Shown here one piece after another: positions 1 to 13,528 of a stretch of DNA of 64,000 nt (the first letter of the stretch is position 1; each line of letters starts with the position of its first letter). Source of the DNA: the human T2T-CHM13v2.0 reference genome, Homo sapiens. The notes beneath the pieces were generated by a model. The model was not told the origin of the DNA and did not search any database. It worked only from the letters and a program-made list of their open reading frames with translations. A program made the translations under genes and the position numbers. The DNA is taken from assembly GCF_009914755.1 (NCBI RefSeq), contig NC_060933.1; one strand, given 5' to 3'.

Positions 1-376
1 TCCCAATTTAATGTTCTTTCTACAGAACCAAAGAGCCCATGGCTTATTTTCATCACTTTTCAATCTAATTTCCTGAGCTTACCCTCCTGACATGATGGTT
101 TAGCTGCTTGCACTATGAACAAGTGTCATGGTAGCTTTTCCCAAAGGTGATTTTCCTGGGAATCCCTTTGCTTATTACAAGGAGGCAGAAAAAGATTTTG
201 AGATATTAATTTGTGCACACACATGTATGTGTGTTGATTCCCCTCCCCCCTCCTCACTCATCCCATTCCATTTCAATACCAAGCAAGTAGCCAGGGCTTG
301 AGTGTGCCTTAGTCATTACAGAGATATATGCCAGGGAAAACAGCTGAAGCTACTGAAAGTCACTGATTGTTCTTGT

Positions 377-716
377 TGTCATAGGCTGTTTGTGCTGCTA
401 TAACAAACCACCATACACTGGGTGGCTCATAAACAAAAGAAGTGTGTTTCTCATAGTTCTGGAAGCTGGGAAGTCCAAGATCAAGGCATTGATAGATTCA
501 GTGTCTGGTGAGGGCCCTCTTCCTAGTTCATAGATGACTGTCTTCTCCTTGTGTTCTTATGTGGCAGAAAGGAGTGAGAGAGCTTGCTGGGTCTCTTTTA
601 TAAAGAAACTAATCCCATTTATGAGGGCTTCAACCTCAAGACCTAATCACCTCCCAAAGATCCCATCTCTTAATACCATCCCTTGGAGGCTGGGATTTCA
701 ACATATAAATTTGACA
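377..716 (-). mobile_element. MaLR solo LTR (MLT1A-like)
   Basis: gctgctataacaaa...tctcatagttctggaagctgggaagtccaagatcaagg...acctaatcacctcccaaag...atttcaacatataaattt is the reverse complement of the MLT1A-type consensus. Confidence 0.85.
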
Positions 717-1249
717 CAGCTCTTGTGTTTTATCAAAGCTTATATTTTTTTAAGTTGTTATACTGGTATACCTGAAGGGGCAGGAAGAGAAGAGGCATGT
801 CCTTGAGGGCCAGAAGGGAGAAGGAAGGAGCATATTCCTCAAAACTAGAAAAGAGGAACAAAATGATTAGGTCTTTCTATTAATGGAGACATATGTCCTG
901 TTGGGTGGCAGATCTTCTGTGAGGTAGCGGAACCTGAAAGGTGATGACCACATGGGGGCACCAAAAGAGGCTGAACCTTGGACCCTGCAACTCCAAGCCC
1001 CAGCAAAGGTGCCTGTGCCCTAATTGTGACACAGAAGCAGCAGAGCCATGGGAACTTGAAGGGACTTTGTGGGCTGCACACAAAGGGCTGCAGAGCTAAC
1101 CAGTATAGATCAGCACCTTGAGGGCCTCTTTGATGCACTAGGATCCCGTAGGGGAGCCCCAATAATCACGACTGGGAATACATTTCCTGTGGCCCAATGT
1201 GATGGTGGCTTCAATGCCATACATACATTCACTTTAAAAAATAAAAAAA

Positions 1250-1570
1250 TGTAAAAGTGTTCCTTTTTCTCTGCAACTTTGCCAGCATCTGTTGTTTCTG
1301 GACTTTTTAATAATCGCCATTCTGACTGACATGAGATAGTATCTCATTGTGGTTTTGATTTGCATTTCTAATGATGAGTGATGTTGAACGTTTTTTCATA
1401 GGTTGGTTGTTGGCTGCATGAATGTCTTCTTTTGAAAAGTGTCTGTTCATGCCTTTTGCCCACTTTTTAATGGGGTTTTTTTCTTGTAAATCCATTTAAG
1501 TTCCTAGTAGATTCTGGACATTAGATTAATAGATTGCAAAAAGTTTCTCCCATTCTGTATGTTGCCTGTC
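1250..1570 (-). mobile_element. L1 fragment (ORF2 3' region, L1P-type)
   Basis: gccattctgactg...tatctcattgtggttttgatttgcatttct. The minus-strand ORF reads [20 protein letters not shown], an L1 ORF2p C-terminal sequence. Confidence 0.9.
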
Positions 1571-1756
1571 TTTAACATTTTCCTTCAAAAGAGTTTCCAA
1601 GTGAATTGTAGGCCAGCAGCTCAGGCTATACATAATTTCATTTTGAGGTTAAACAACCCCCAAATCTGTTCATTTTTCATTTGACATAATGAAAACAGGA
1701 GAACCCACAGTTATTCAGAAGATGTGAAGTTTCTAGTTTTTCAATTTTGTTCCTGT

Positions 1757-2057
<301 letters not shown>

Positions 2058-5044
2058 TTTCCTTTTAACTCAGATCAATCTGACAAATTCAAGATGACTG
2101 CCTAGGATGTTTGAGATACTTTGTTATTGCTGTCAGGAGCACACACACATGCACACACTCCATCAAGAAGTTTAGGGAGAGCAGGTGAGAAAAATAATGT
2201 TGCAAACTCCCCTCACCCACATGCCCACGGCAGGTGTCTCCTTCCAGGCCTAATATAAGCTCCCTCCACTGACCAAAGCTGTGGTTCAAATGCTCCTCGT
2301 ACACAGTAGGGATGCAGTGGAACAAACACTGGATTTTAAAAGCAAAGCGTGAGGTCCACATCCTTTATTTGGATCCTAGTTTCTTTAATTCCTTCACCTG
2401 TTAATGGATGTGATACCTGCCTCACCAACTAGAGGGTTGGTCAGAATATATCACACTTAAAAGCGCGGTGTAAAAAATTTTTAAAGACATTGTCAAAGAA
2501 TAAGTATATAAAACAGACAAGAAGGAATTAAGTATAGAGGGTAAAATGTAAAGAAGTAGAAAAGGTAAATAACTTAATAAATTTAAACAAAAGAAAAAAA
2601 CTGGACAGAGGTTGATAGTAAATTCCAGTGGAACTATTGGGGATGTGACGTATTAGGGAAATGAGATTATTTAAAAGCAGAACCAATTGAGTACACCATA
2701 AACGCTAGACAGGAAAGGGGGAGTCATAATCTAAAACAGTTAAATAGTGAATTTTGTGCAGAAGTTGAAGGCAACTGGACAAAGTAGCAGCCGAATTTTT
2801 GGGAGAGTAGATTGACTAGAGAAGACCAATAGGAAGTTAATAGAAACTCGCAGGAGAAAAATACAAAATAAGTGAGTTGAATGGATAAGACAAGGAAAGA
2901 TTCCCCCCTCCCACCCACCCTCAAGTCACTGTCTTATTTGCCTAGGAGTTAATATAAAGTGTTTCATGGGTTGGAGCCCCCAAGGAGATTCATCTGACCA
3001 TTCCTATGACCTGCCTTGTTCAAATTGGTCAGTTCTAAACTCAGAATAAAAAAGTTGTTAGGTCTGCTTCTGGAAGTTTGTCTTGCTTGTTATCAGATCA
3101 AGGGTTTGATGTTGGATCAGAGCCACAATGATACATTAATTCACAAGTGTAATTGTATATTGAAATGGCAAAGTGTATCTGCAGTCATTCAGTAAAAAGA
3201 AAAACAGTGCAGTGTGGTATTCAAGGATTAGCTGTGTTTATCATTTTGCATCTTATTAAATTTGCAACATTCCCAAGATCTCAGAAACAGAAACAAAAGC
3301 TAGTTCTCATGTGTACCCTGTAGCCAATTTTGGGGCCCTGATTACCTATTCCATGAGAATATACAAACTTTGAGAAATTCACACTTTATTTTTTTCCATT
3401 TATAAAACCAATACATATAAAATGCAAAAAAGAAAAACTCATCAAATGTTTAATCATTCATAGGAATCCATTTCTAATAATTTGATGTATTTCCTTCTAA
3501 TATTTTCTAGGCATATTTTATTTCATGATTTCATGCTGTATTTCACAGATAAATTTTTTTAAATTTATCTTTATAATAAAAAAGGGCATTTAAAATACTC
3601 TTTTAAAATAAGGTGTCCAATTCTAAAATGCTGTGTGCATTTGAAAACTTTCATCTTTGAGTTTCTACAACAAGATCTTTAATAGGAAGTAAAATTCAGC
3701 AGCAAAACTGACCATAAATTTACAGAACCCATTTGAAGGGTCAGAGCCAGCAAAGTCAGCAGATTCTAAAGCCTCTCCAATTTCTGTGCCTTGCCAAGTG
3801 ACTGAAGTGGAGAGGCAATTTGACTATTGCCTTCTGACTTTAATTAATGTTTAATACTCAGTGGCAAACGTGCACTTCCTCTTGTAAGTTCTCATTAAGT
3901 TCTTTTTGAATCAGTTAACACTCTGTTTATAAAGATGTGGGTATTTTCTCTTAATTACTGTAATTTTGACTACTGCTGTAAAAATCAGTTCTCCATGTCA
4001 CACTGTCAGAGATCATTACAGATGTATACAGGCTTCTCCCCTCCCTCTCCTGGAACCAATCCAGTCATCTCTGGAAATTAAATGCATTAAAAGGTTTAAT
4101 AAAGAAAAGGAAAATCCAGACATATCATATCTCATTTCAAACCATTCCAGAATAAAACCAGGATGTATTCATCAGGATGCTGAGATGTATTGTTTAAACA
4201 TTAAGGATATCGATGCAGAGTTCTATTAATTACAATAAATTATTGTAAATCCAATTCATTCCACTGAACAAGGATGAATTGAGATGACTGATGCTCACAG
4301 AAGCACATTTTTGATTGTTGATATTTCCTTTCATATGGAAAGACACCCGTAAGGGCATAAACCCTGGCCTCTGTCCACACCTTCAGTTGTTCTTCCCCTG
4401 GGATGCAATAAAGTACACGATTGCCAAGTTTGCAAGAAAAACTAGGTATGCATAGCTCAGCATCTTCCTTTCTCCTTCCCCTTGGGAGCCAGCTACCACA
4501 GGAAATATGTGTTCTAGTCTGTTCCTTCTGTGTGGAAAAGGACTGTGGTTTTCTAGCACTATCTATGACTGAGTAGGCACATCTACCTGATTTTGTGGTT
4601 CAGTATTAGGAGGTCCACCTAAGTCTCTAACCCAGGCTTTAGAAGTAATGAGGGACTATTTTGATCTCTCTCACACCTCTCTCAACTGATTCAAAACCCA
4701 TCGTGGGCTAAAGTGGGTGCTATTTTATCAACACCACCAAAACACAAAGGCTAGTTTCAAAATAAAAAAGAATTAAAACATCAGACTTTTAGACATTATT
4801 AAAGTTTTTTTTTTTTTGAACTAGTCATTCTCTGCTCTGAATTTGCAGGTTTTTAAAATTTATTTATTTTTTTTCCAGTGAATTCTGCTGTACTCTCTGC
4901 CTTGTAGTGTTTAATTCTGGATCTATTGAATAAAAAGGAAGGAATCTAGCTGTCTGGCCAGAATTTTCTTTGGCAGGAGGTTGTTATTCCTCATGCATTG
5001 ATATTTGTCCTCTGTCATATTAGGAATTACTTTCCCTATTAATA

Positions 5045-5135
5045 ATGACTTGATGAGGTTAAGTGAATTGTCCAAGCTTACACAGCCATTTAGCAGCAGA
5101 AGAGGGGTTTGAACTGTCCAGCTCCAAGGCCAGAG
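5045..5135 (-). mobile_element. MIR fragment
   Basis: gaggttaagtgaattgtccaagcttacacagc...tttgaac matches the MIR core. Confidence 0.6.
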
Positions 5136-6479
5136 TTTTTCTTCAGGAAAACTTTCACTGTATCCCTTCCTACAACCCCTACACCATGCCCAGTCCTTTC
5201 ACTGTCATGACTATTGCGGGAAGGGAAAAAAGAAACAGAAAATGGTGCCCCAATTAAAAAAAAAACAAAAAAACTTGTAAGAGAGCAGTGGGAACCATCT
5301 GTGGCCTGAAGTCTCCTGGCTATAAATGAGATCGTTTGTTTTTTTTTTTTTTAGTTTTGGTTTCTTTCTACCCCCAAGCAGGTTAAGCCATATACATCAA
5401 GCAGAGATTTAGCACAAATTCTCCTATTGCAAGAGTTTAATTTTCTCAGGTACTTTTGAAAATGGAGGAAGATTCCACATTGTTTTTTAAAATGTCTTAT
5501 GTGATTATCCTATTGATTGGGGCTAACCAAGGCTCTTTTCAATTGCAAAACAAATCTGATGACCTTTTTCTTTCGAATTTGTTTAATGGCTTTGAAAATG
5601 TTACTACAAAAGTCAAAATGTCTTGAGTTTACTACCCAGGGAATTCTCACCCTTGACAAAGATTCATTTGTGTCACCACAATAATAAAACCCATATATTA
5701 GAGAAACATCAAAGTATACTTTATTTTATTTTAGTGAACTTTGCTCATTGTTGATTCACTTGCTTTAAAGTAGTCGATTTTCCTTCCTGTTGCTGTATGC
5801 AGCATCAGAGAGAAAACCAAGTTTATGCTAATCCATATTGACACAAATATTCTGAATTTCTCTCATTATCTTCCTTACATATTTTTACTTTTTCTATCTT
5901 ATACTTCAAACTCCCTATTCTTGATCATCAAATTATGTGGCCTGGTTAAATGTAATTTTCAAAGCATTACACTTTCAAAGGTAAATTTTAAAATCACATA
6001 CAAACACACATTTCAGCACTTTTATGCTTGCAGAAGCATATTGCCGTGGAAAAAGGCCTAAGTGCAGCCACAAGTGAATGAACAAAATATTTGAGTACAG
6101 TTAGTGACAGGAAGTTGAACTGATTTGTGGGAGGCCAATTTTTCTGGTGCCGTTTTATTTTTTTAATGTCTTCGAAAGTAAACAACTGATTATCCAAAAG
6201 CATTCTTTGCAGGTCTTTGAGCCTCACTGAGAAATTCTGGAATATATCTCATCTGCTCTCCTGGTTCTGCAAAAACTGGTTCAAGTAGACCAGTGGCCTT
6301 GGAGTGTCTGTTCTCACTGTGGTGCTAGTGTCACTGGGACAACTGGGCAACTGGGCATCATGACATAAAAAGGCTACATGTTATTGCTCCTAAATTGTTC
6401 TGTTTGGGGAGCTTTTTTCAGGTTAAGTAGATAATTGTATCCTCTTCCTCCTCTTTTTTTTTTTTCTTAAAAAGAGAAA

Positions 6480-6860
6480 AAAAATAATGAAGAAATTGGG
6501 GTTAAAGAGTAACAAGCAATTTGTCCAAGGTCATAGGTCTAATGAGTAGCAGAGCCTGGACCTTCTGATTACAAATCTGCTTTTTGTACTGCTCAGCACT
6601 GATTCACATATCACAATAGCCTTGGGCCTATAATCACATCCCTAGTTGCCTGCCTGCTGAGCTACATCTGTGTTTTCATGGAGAGATTAGAATTATACCA
6701 GCATTTCAACCCCATCACTACCTTGCCCTAGCTATGAGGTCTTGGGCAAGTTATTTTTTCTCTGTGAACCTCAGTTTCCTCAATCAGTAAAATGGGTATA
6801 AAGGCACTCAACATTACGAGGGGCTTTTAAAGAAAATGTCCGGTTGTTCATAGGTACCTA
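6480..6860. mobile_element. Two MIR fragments in opposite orientation (about 6480-6600 minus, about 6700-6860 plus)
   Basis: aagcaatttgtccaaggtcata...gcagagc; then cttgggcaagttattttttctctgtgaacctcagtttcctcaatcagtaaaatggg. Confidence 0.65.
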
Positions 6861-7446
6861 AAGACTTCCCTTTATCTTATTAACTTTCTTTTGGCTTATC
6901 TGACTCCAGCTAAAATAAATATGTGTCTGATCCTACACTGAACAACTTTCTTACCTGATCCAATCACCGAAACTTCCCCATTCAGGTCAGCATCTGAGCA
7001 CTTCAGATTCCAAACCTGTGTTGGAATATACGTCTCATACATAGGACTAATCTTTCCAAATAGACTTGAGTTAGCTTTCAAAGGACATTTAGATTAAGCC
7101 CAGAATCTTTTTCTGAACTGAAATGTAACTGCTACTCAACATATATTTCATTTACCAACAGATGGCTGCATTTAATTCTGTTTACTACCATAACAAGCTT
7201 CTCTAAACATAGACATGCCAAACTGGAGGTAGGTGTGTGATTTTAGGGCCATTCTTCATTTACTTCTGAAAGTGTAATGATTAAAAAATTATTTTGTAAC
7301 TGGGGAAAATGGAATAATGTTTACAAAAAGAGAAAGTTTGAATCACAATCTTAAAATGAAAGTGAGCTCATCAGAAGGGTTGATGGTGGTAGAGATGGTA
7401 CCCTGTGCCTTGGGCCCTACCAGAATGACCCAACGGGGATGGGAGT

Positions 7447-7763
7447 TGTCATGGCTTTAATGTTTGTCCCCTTCAAAATTCATAGTGAAATTTAATTGCC
7501 ATTGTAACAGTATTAAGACGTAGGACTTTTGAGATGATTAGGCCATGAAGGCTCCACCTTCATGGGTGGGATTGGTGCATTATATAAAGACAAACTTGGC
7601 CCTCTCTTGCTATTGCTCTTTCTCTCACCTTCTGACATGTAATGTTTTAGCAAGAAGGTCCTTACCAGATCCCAGCTCCTTGATATTGGACTTCTCACCC
7701 TCCAGGACTGTCCATTATAAGTCTCAGGTATTGTGATACAGCTGCACAAAATTATCTAAGACA
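7447..7763 (+). mobile_element. MaLR solo LTR (MST/MLT1A-like)
   Basis: Starts tgtcatggctttaatgtttgtcccc and ends ctaagaca (TG...CA). 5-bp TSD ggagt/gaagt. Confidence 0.85.
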
Positions 7764-10512
7764 GAAGTGGAGACCAGAATCTCAGGACCTCAGTTATTCA
7801 GAAAGTGGCCAGAACAACTTTGCATTGGAGGGTATGAGGAAGACAAAATTACCCTTTAAACATGGTTTGAAAATAATTTTTGGGCTTTGCCACCATGTAA
7901 TTCCAAAGTCAGCTAAGGCTACTTGACCCTTTAATATCATTATAATACTGACTCAGTTCTCCATTCTGTACTTGCAGAGGTTCAGAGTACTACCCAAGAT
8001 TTCTGTGAATTCTTGGGGTAGGGAGAAGGTGGTGAGAGGCAAGGAATGAGAGAAGGATTTACATTTACATGGTCTCCTCTAGGTTCATGGTCCTGATTCT
8101 GCATATTCAGCTTAGTTTGTGTGACTTCTCTGTCATTCAAGTTCTTATCCTTTTCCACGTGTCATCAACATGGAGCCAAGGTGTTGTTTTCTCCCCCCTA
8201 CTGTTTGTAACATACACATACCCACTCACAAGGCAGTTGTTTGTAGAAAGTATAAGGAGAAGAGGGTGAGTTTACCTTGAAATGTTGCAAATAACTTCAT
8301 ATTTAGACATTTTAGTTCTAAAAAGTTTTCTCATCATGTGGAGAGTTTTAATGGCTACTTCACCTCCAGAGAACTATCTCAATGGCTTCCCACCTTTTCT
8401 CTCTCCCAATTTACAAATTTATAATTTATTAAAAATGCAGAGCCAATAGCCCTCCCTTTTATTGACTTGGTTCGTATCATGTCCTTAGGGTTTTACCTTC
8501 TCTCCAATCTCCAAGTGTATTTTTTTAAAAAAAAAACAAACAAAAATTCTATACCGTAATGCTATAAGGGCTTAAGTTGAGATATATATCTAAGGCATTA
8601 GAGAGAGAGAGATCTCAACTAGAAATTCCTGTTCCAGGAGTTCAGAATATGGCCCCATAGGCCAAGGCAAATTTAGACCAGAATACCTAGCCTTTGTCTG
8701 CCAATTACTTAGAAGTGACTTCATTGATTTGTGTTAAATAAATGAAGATAAAATCTGAATGAACCTTAAAAGTGGGTGAGAATTAGTCTGCCTTCTTATT
8801 CTCCAAATAGACTTAAATCAGAGAAATTTATTGATGTGTATCTGTGTTTAAATGTATCCTTACTTTTTGCTGTTTCTTAAGATTCAGAATTTCATTAAGT
8901 CTCAGGATTCTAATTTCTAAGTTATAAAACTAACATATTCTTGAGTACAGGGATTTTTTTAAAAAGCTGGGATATCAAGTTTTTCTATAAACTATGATAA
9001 TTCATACATAATTATACCTGACATCTAGCATTTATATCATGGCAGATGTGGAAAGAATTGCATTTATTTTTGATGGTATTTAACAATCTTTCTATCCACG
9101 AAAAATTGTGGGTCTTGTGTGTCTAAGGTAAACAAGTGCAGCTCTTTAGCTCATCTCTGCATTCCACATTTGCATATTTTACTTTTTCCCCCGATTCCTT
9201 TCATGATTGTTTGACTTTGCCTATATGGGTAGAAGGGGAGAGGGAAGAACAGACCAGTATTTGTTGTACTGAATAAGTTTCGAACACAGGGAGAACTGTT
9301 TAATTTCACTCTCATGACGGTTAGATGGGAGCTGTAAGCATTAGTGATGCTAGTTCACCATGATGCAAATTCAGCTTTCTTCTCAATTCCTGAGATTGGA
9401 AGTGCTGAATCTGCAGCTGCTGTGATATTAGTCTCTCTTTAACAAAATTTTTTTAAAACCTCTAGCATCTTTCATTTATCTTGGAAAAACCAAATATGTA
9501 CATGCTGTACTTTCATTTTCTAAAGTTTCATTTAGAACAGATGACATGTGAATTTTTTCCAAGAAAAAAAATAGTTTCTTATCTGCTTTGACTTGTTGAT
9601 TATTTCTAAGTGCTCAATTACCGAGAGCACTTCTTGGGTCTAGCTCTTCTGCTGATAGAACAGCAATGCCCCCTACTGATAAATTTCTGAAAACCTTTCC
9701 TTAGAAAATGAGAACATAAACCTCTCACTTACAGGCACAGTATTCACCAGCTTCCTCTGAAAAAGACGTGTGCTTCTAGGCTCATCTTAGTGTGACTTAT
9801 TAGCCTCTCATTAGTGTAATTTCCTGAATTAGTCTTTGCTAAAGCAGCTATGAAGTTATTCCATGCTTGGCTGGCTTTATAAAAAATAATTTTAAAGATG
9901 TCAGCAGAGCTTTATACCTGACAAAATGGGAACCAGAACTATTTGATTATAGTAATGTAATTCCTGTTACATTATATTTATATTTAGAGTGGGAGAGTTC
10001 CTCATAATACCTTCATATTTGTCTTACTGTTTCTTCAGTATTTATAGAATTTCTGGTAGAGAGACTTTAAAGCCTGTTGTTCTAGATTTACTTGAATGCC
10101 TTCTAGTATTCTCTCCATCAAGTAATTGCCAGGGTTGTGCTTGGTTTTCCCTAGCAATAGAAAACACACTACCTATCAAAGCAAACTATAGCATCTATCT
10201 TTAAACAATTCCAAAAAAAGTCAATGCAAATTTTTTTCTGTTTAACTTCCAAATACCTATTGGACCAATTTTACCCTCTGGCTGTTATATTAACTTTTGC
10301 TGTAACAAATCTAATTTCTCATAATTCTTCTAATATTTGAACAGAGGAATCACATCCTTCTCCTGGCATTCTTCTCTTCCCTAGGAAAAGTAATAACTAT
10401 CAGAGAAAAGGCAAATATTTCTATAAATGTGGACCAAAGGACAGAATGCCAGTAGAATATATAATTCCTATTTTTAAATCATAGACTAATTGTTACCCTC
10501 TCTCTCTAAACT

Positions 10513-10536
10513 CACACACACACACACACACACACA
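10513..10536. repeat. (CA)n microsatellite
   Basis: Read directly from the sequence. Confidence 0.95.
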
Positions 10537-10777
10537 TTTTCTTCATAGTTACCATAATACACTTGAAAAAATGACCATCTTTTTTTTCCTTTTTTAGTTA
10601 ACGTGTAATAACTGTACATATCTATGGGTTATAGTGATATTTTGATACATGTATACAACGTGTAATGATCAAATCAGGATAATTAGCAAATCTAATACTT
10701 TGAACATTTTTTTCTTTGCATGTGAACATTCAAAATCCTCTCCTCTATCTTTTTGAAAATATGTATTATTGTTAACC

Positions 10778-12771
10778 CTCAAAAGCAAATGTAACAAAAC
10801 CAAAAACAGACAAATAGGACTTAATTAAACTACAAGCCTTCTGCATAGCAAAATAAATAATCAGTAAGCAAACAACCTATAGAATGGGAAGAAAATGTTT
10901 GCAAACTATATATCTGACAAAGTGTTAATATCCAGAATCTACAAGAAACTCAAGAAAAACAAACTCATTAAAATGTGGGTAAAGGACAGGAACAGGTATT
11001 TTTCAAAAGACAACATACAAGTGTATCTTTAAATGTGTGAAAAATGCTCAACATCACAAATCATCAGAGAAATGCAAATTAAAACCACAACAAGATACCA
11101 TCTTACACCAGTCAGAATGGCTATTATTAAAAAGTCAAAAAACAATAGATGTTGGCTAGGATGTGGAGAAAAGAGAACACTTATACACTGTTGGTGGGAA
11201 TGTAAATTAGTACAGCCTCTGTGGAAAACACAATGGAGATTTCCCAATAGAACTGAAAATAGAACCACCAAATGATCCAGCAATCTCACTACTGGGTGTC
11301 TACCCTAAGGAAAATAAATCATCACATAAAAAAAGATACCTGCGCTGTTATATTTATCACAGTACTATTTACAATAGCACAGTCATGGAATCAACTTAAG
11401 TGTTCATCAACTGATTGAATAAAGAAAGGTCGTGTGTGTGTGTGTGTGTGTATAGCAAAAATTAAGGACACATTAAACACAGATACACATCTATAAATTT
11501 CTCTGATTTAAGTCTCTTTGGAGAATAAGCCTATATATACATATAGGCTATATATATATTCCATTGTGTATTCCATTTTATAGATGAGTAGTATTCCATT
11601 GTGTGCATATATATATATACACACACACACACACAAAATTCCATCATATATATACATATATATATAGCCTATATATATAGTCTATATCTATATATGTGTG
11701 TGTATATAGCCTATATATATATATACATATAGGCTATATATATATTCCATTGTGTATTCCATTTTATAGATGAGTAGTATTCCATTGTGTGCATATATAT
11801 ATATATATATATGCTATATATGTGTGTGTGTATATATATATATACACACACATATATATATACACACATTTCTCTGATTTAAGGCTATTTGGAGAATAAG
11901 CCTATATATATATATATGCTATATATATATACACACACACACAGGCTATATAGCCTATATATATATATATATATATATATGCTTATTCTCCAAATAGACT
12001 TAAATCAGAGAAATGTGTATATATATATAGCCTATATATACGTGTGTGTGTATATATATACATATACATACATATATATAGCCTATATACGTGTGTGTAT
12101 ATATATACATATACACACATATATATACATATACACACATATATATACCCTATATATATGCCCTATATATATACCCTATATATATACCTATATATATACA
12201 CCTCTCTATATATACCTATATAGAGAGAGGTATATATACACCCTATATATACATCCTATATACATACCCTATATATATATAGGGTATGTATATAGGATGT
12301 ATATATACCTCTCTATATATAGAGGTGTATATATATATATGGGTATATATATAGGGTATATATATATGATGGAATTGTGTGTGTGTGTATATATATATAT
12401 GCACACAATGGAATACTACTCATCTATAAAAAAGAATGAAAGAAAGTCTTTTAGCAACATACTTCGATGGAATTGGAGGCCATTATCCTAAGTGAAATAA
12501 CTCAGAAACAAAGTCAAATACTGCATGTTCTCACTTGCAAGTGGGAGCTAATCAATGGGTACACATGGACGTAGAGAGTGGATTAATAGACATTGGAGAC
12601 ACTAAAAGGCGGAAAAATAGGAGGAGAGTGAGGGTTGAAAAATTACCTGTTGGGTGCAATGTCTGCTATTCAGATGATGGGTAGGCTAAAAGCCCAGACT
12701 TCACCTCTGTGCAATATATTCGTGTCACAAAACTGCACTTGTACTCCCTAAATACATAAAAATAAATTAAG
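10778..12771 (+). mobile_element. 5'-truncated L1 (L1PB/L1MA1-like) nested in the older L1
   Basis: ORF2 end ([28 protein letters not shown]), 3'UTR and A-rich tail. TSD attattgttaacc (10765-10777) / attattgttagcc (12772-12784). Confidence 0.9.
11432..12400. repeat. Complex (TA)n/(CA)n expansion with embedded direct and inverted duplications
   Basis: About 970 bp of TA/TG/CA repeats inside the L1 3'UTR; see findings. Confidence 0.95.
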
Positions 12772-13332
12772 ATTATTGTTAGCCATACTTATACAGAACA
12801 CCAGAAGTCATTCCTGCCATCTAGTTGTAGCTTTCTATTCATTAACCAACCTCTCTTTATCCTCCTTTCCTTCTTACCCTTCCAGCTTCTAACAATCGCA
12901 GTTCTATTTTCCCCTTCTATGAGCTCACTTTTTTTTTTTTTAGCTCCTACACATGCAGTGTTTCTCTTTCTGTGCCTGACTTAACATAATATCCTCAAGG
13001 CTTACTCATGCTGAATAAATAGCTGAATTTCATTGAGTGTGTGTGTGTGTGTGTGTGTGTGTGTACATATATACCATATTTTCTTTATGCATTTATTTGT
13101 TGGTGGACATTTAGGCAATTCTGTATCTTTGGTATTGTGATTAGAGTGGCAATAAACGTGGGGGTGCAGGTATCACTTCCATATACTTCCTTTCCTTTGG
13201 ATGAATACCCAGTAGTGGGATGGCTGGATTGCATGGTAGTTTTATTTTTAGTTTTTTCAGAAAGTTCCATACTGTTTTCTACAATGGCTGTACTAATTTA
13301 CATTCCTACCAGCAGTGTATGAGTTCCCTTTT

Positions 13333-13528
13333 TGGGGACTAGAGGTGGGAGAGAGGGAGGTAAGGGTAGAAAGACTGTTGGGTACTCTGCCTAGTAATGG
13401 GTGATGGGATAATTCATACCCCAAATCTCAGAATCATGCAATATATCCAGGTAACAAACCTATACATGTGCCCCTAAATCTAAAATAACAGTTGAAAAAA
13501 TAAGATTTGATTCCTAAAAAACAGTAAC
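13333..13528 (+). mobile_element. Short L1 3' end (L1PB-like) nested in the older L1
   Basis: ggggactagaggtgggag...gtaacaaacctatacatgtgcccctaaatctaaaataa. TSD agttccctttt (13322-13332) / agttccttttt (13529-13539). Confidence 0.8.

Noticed and set aside
11889-12491. 200-aa ORF rich in Y/I
   Set aside because: Translation of (TA)n low-complexity sequence running into an L1 3'UTR; not a gene.
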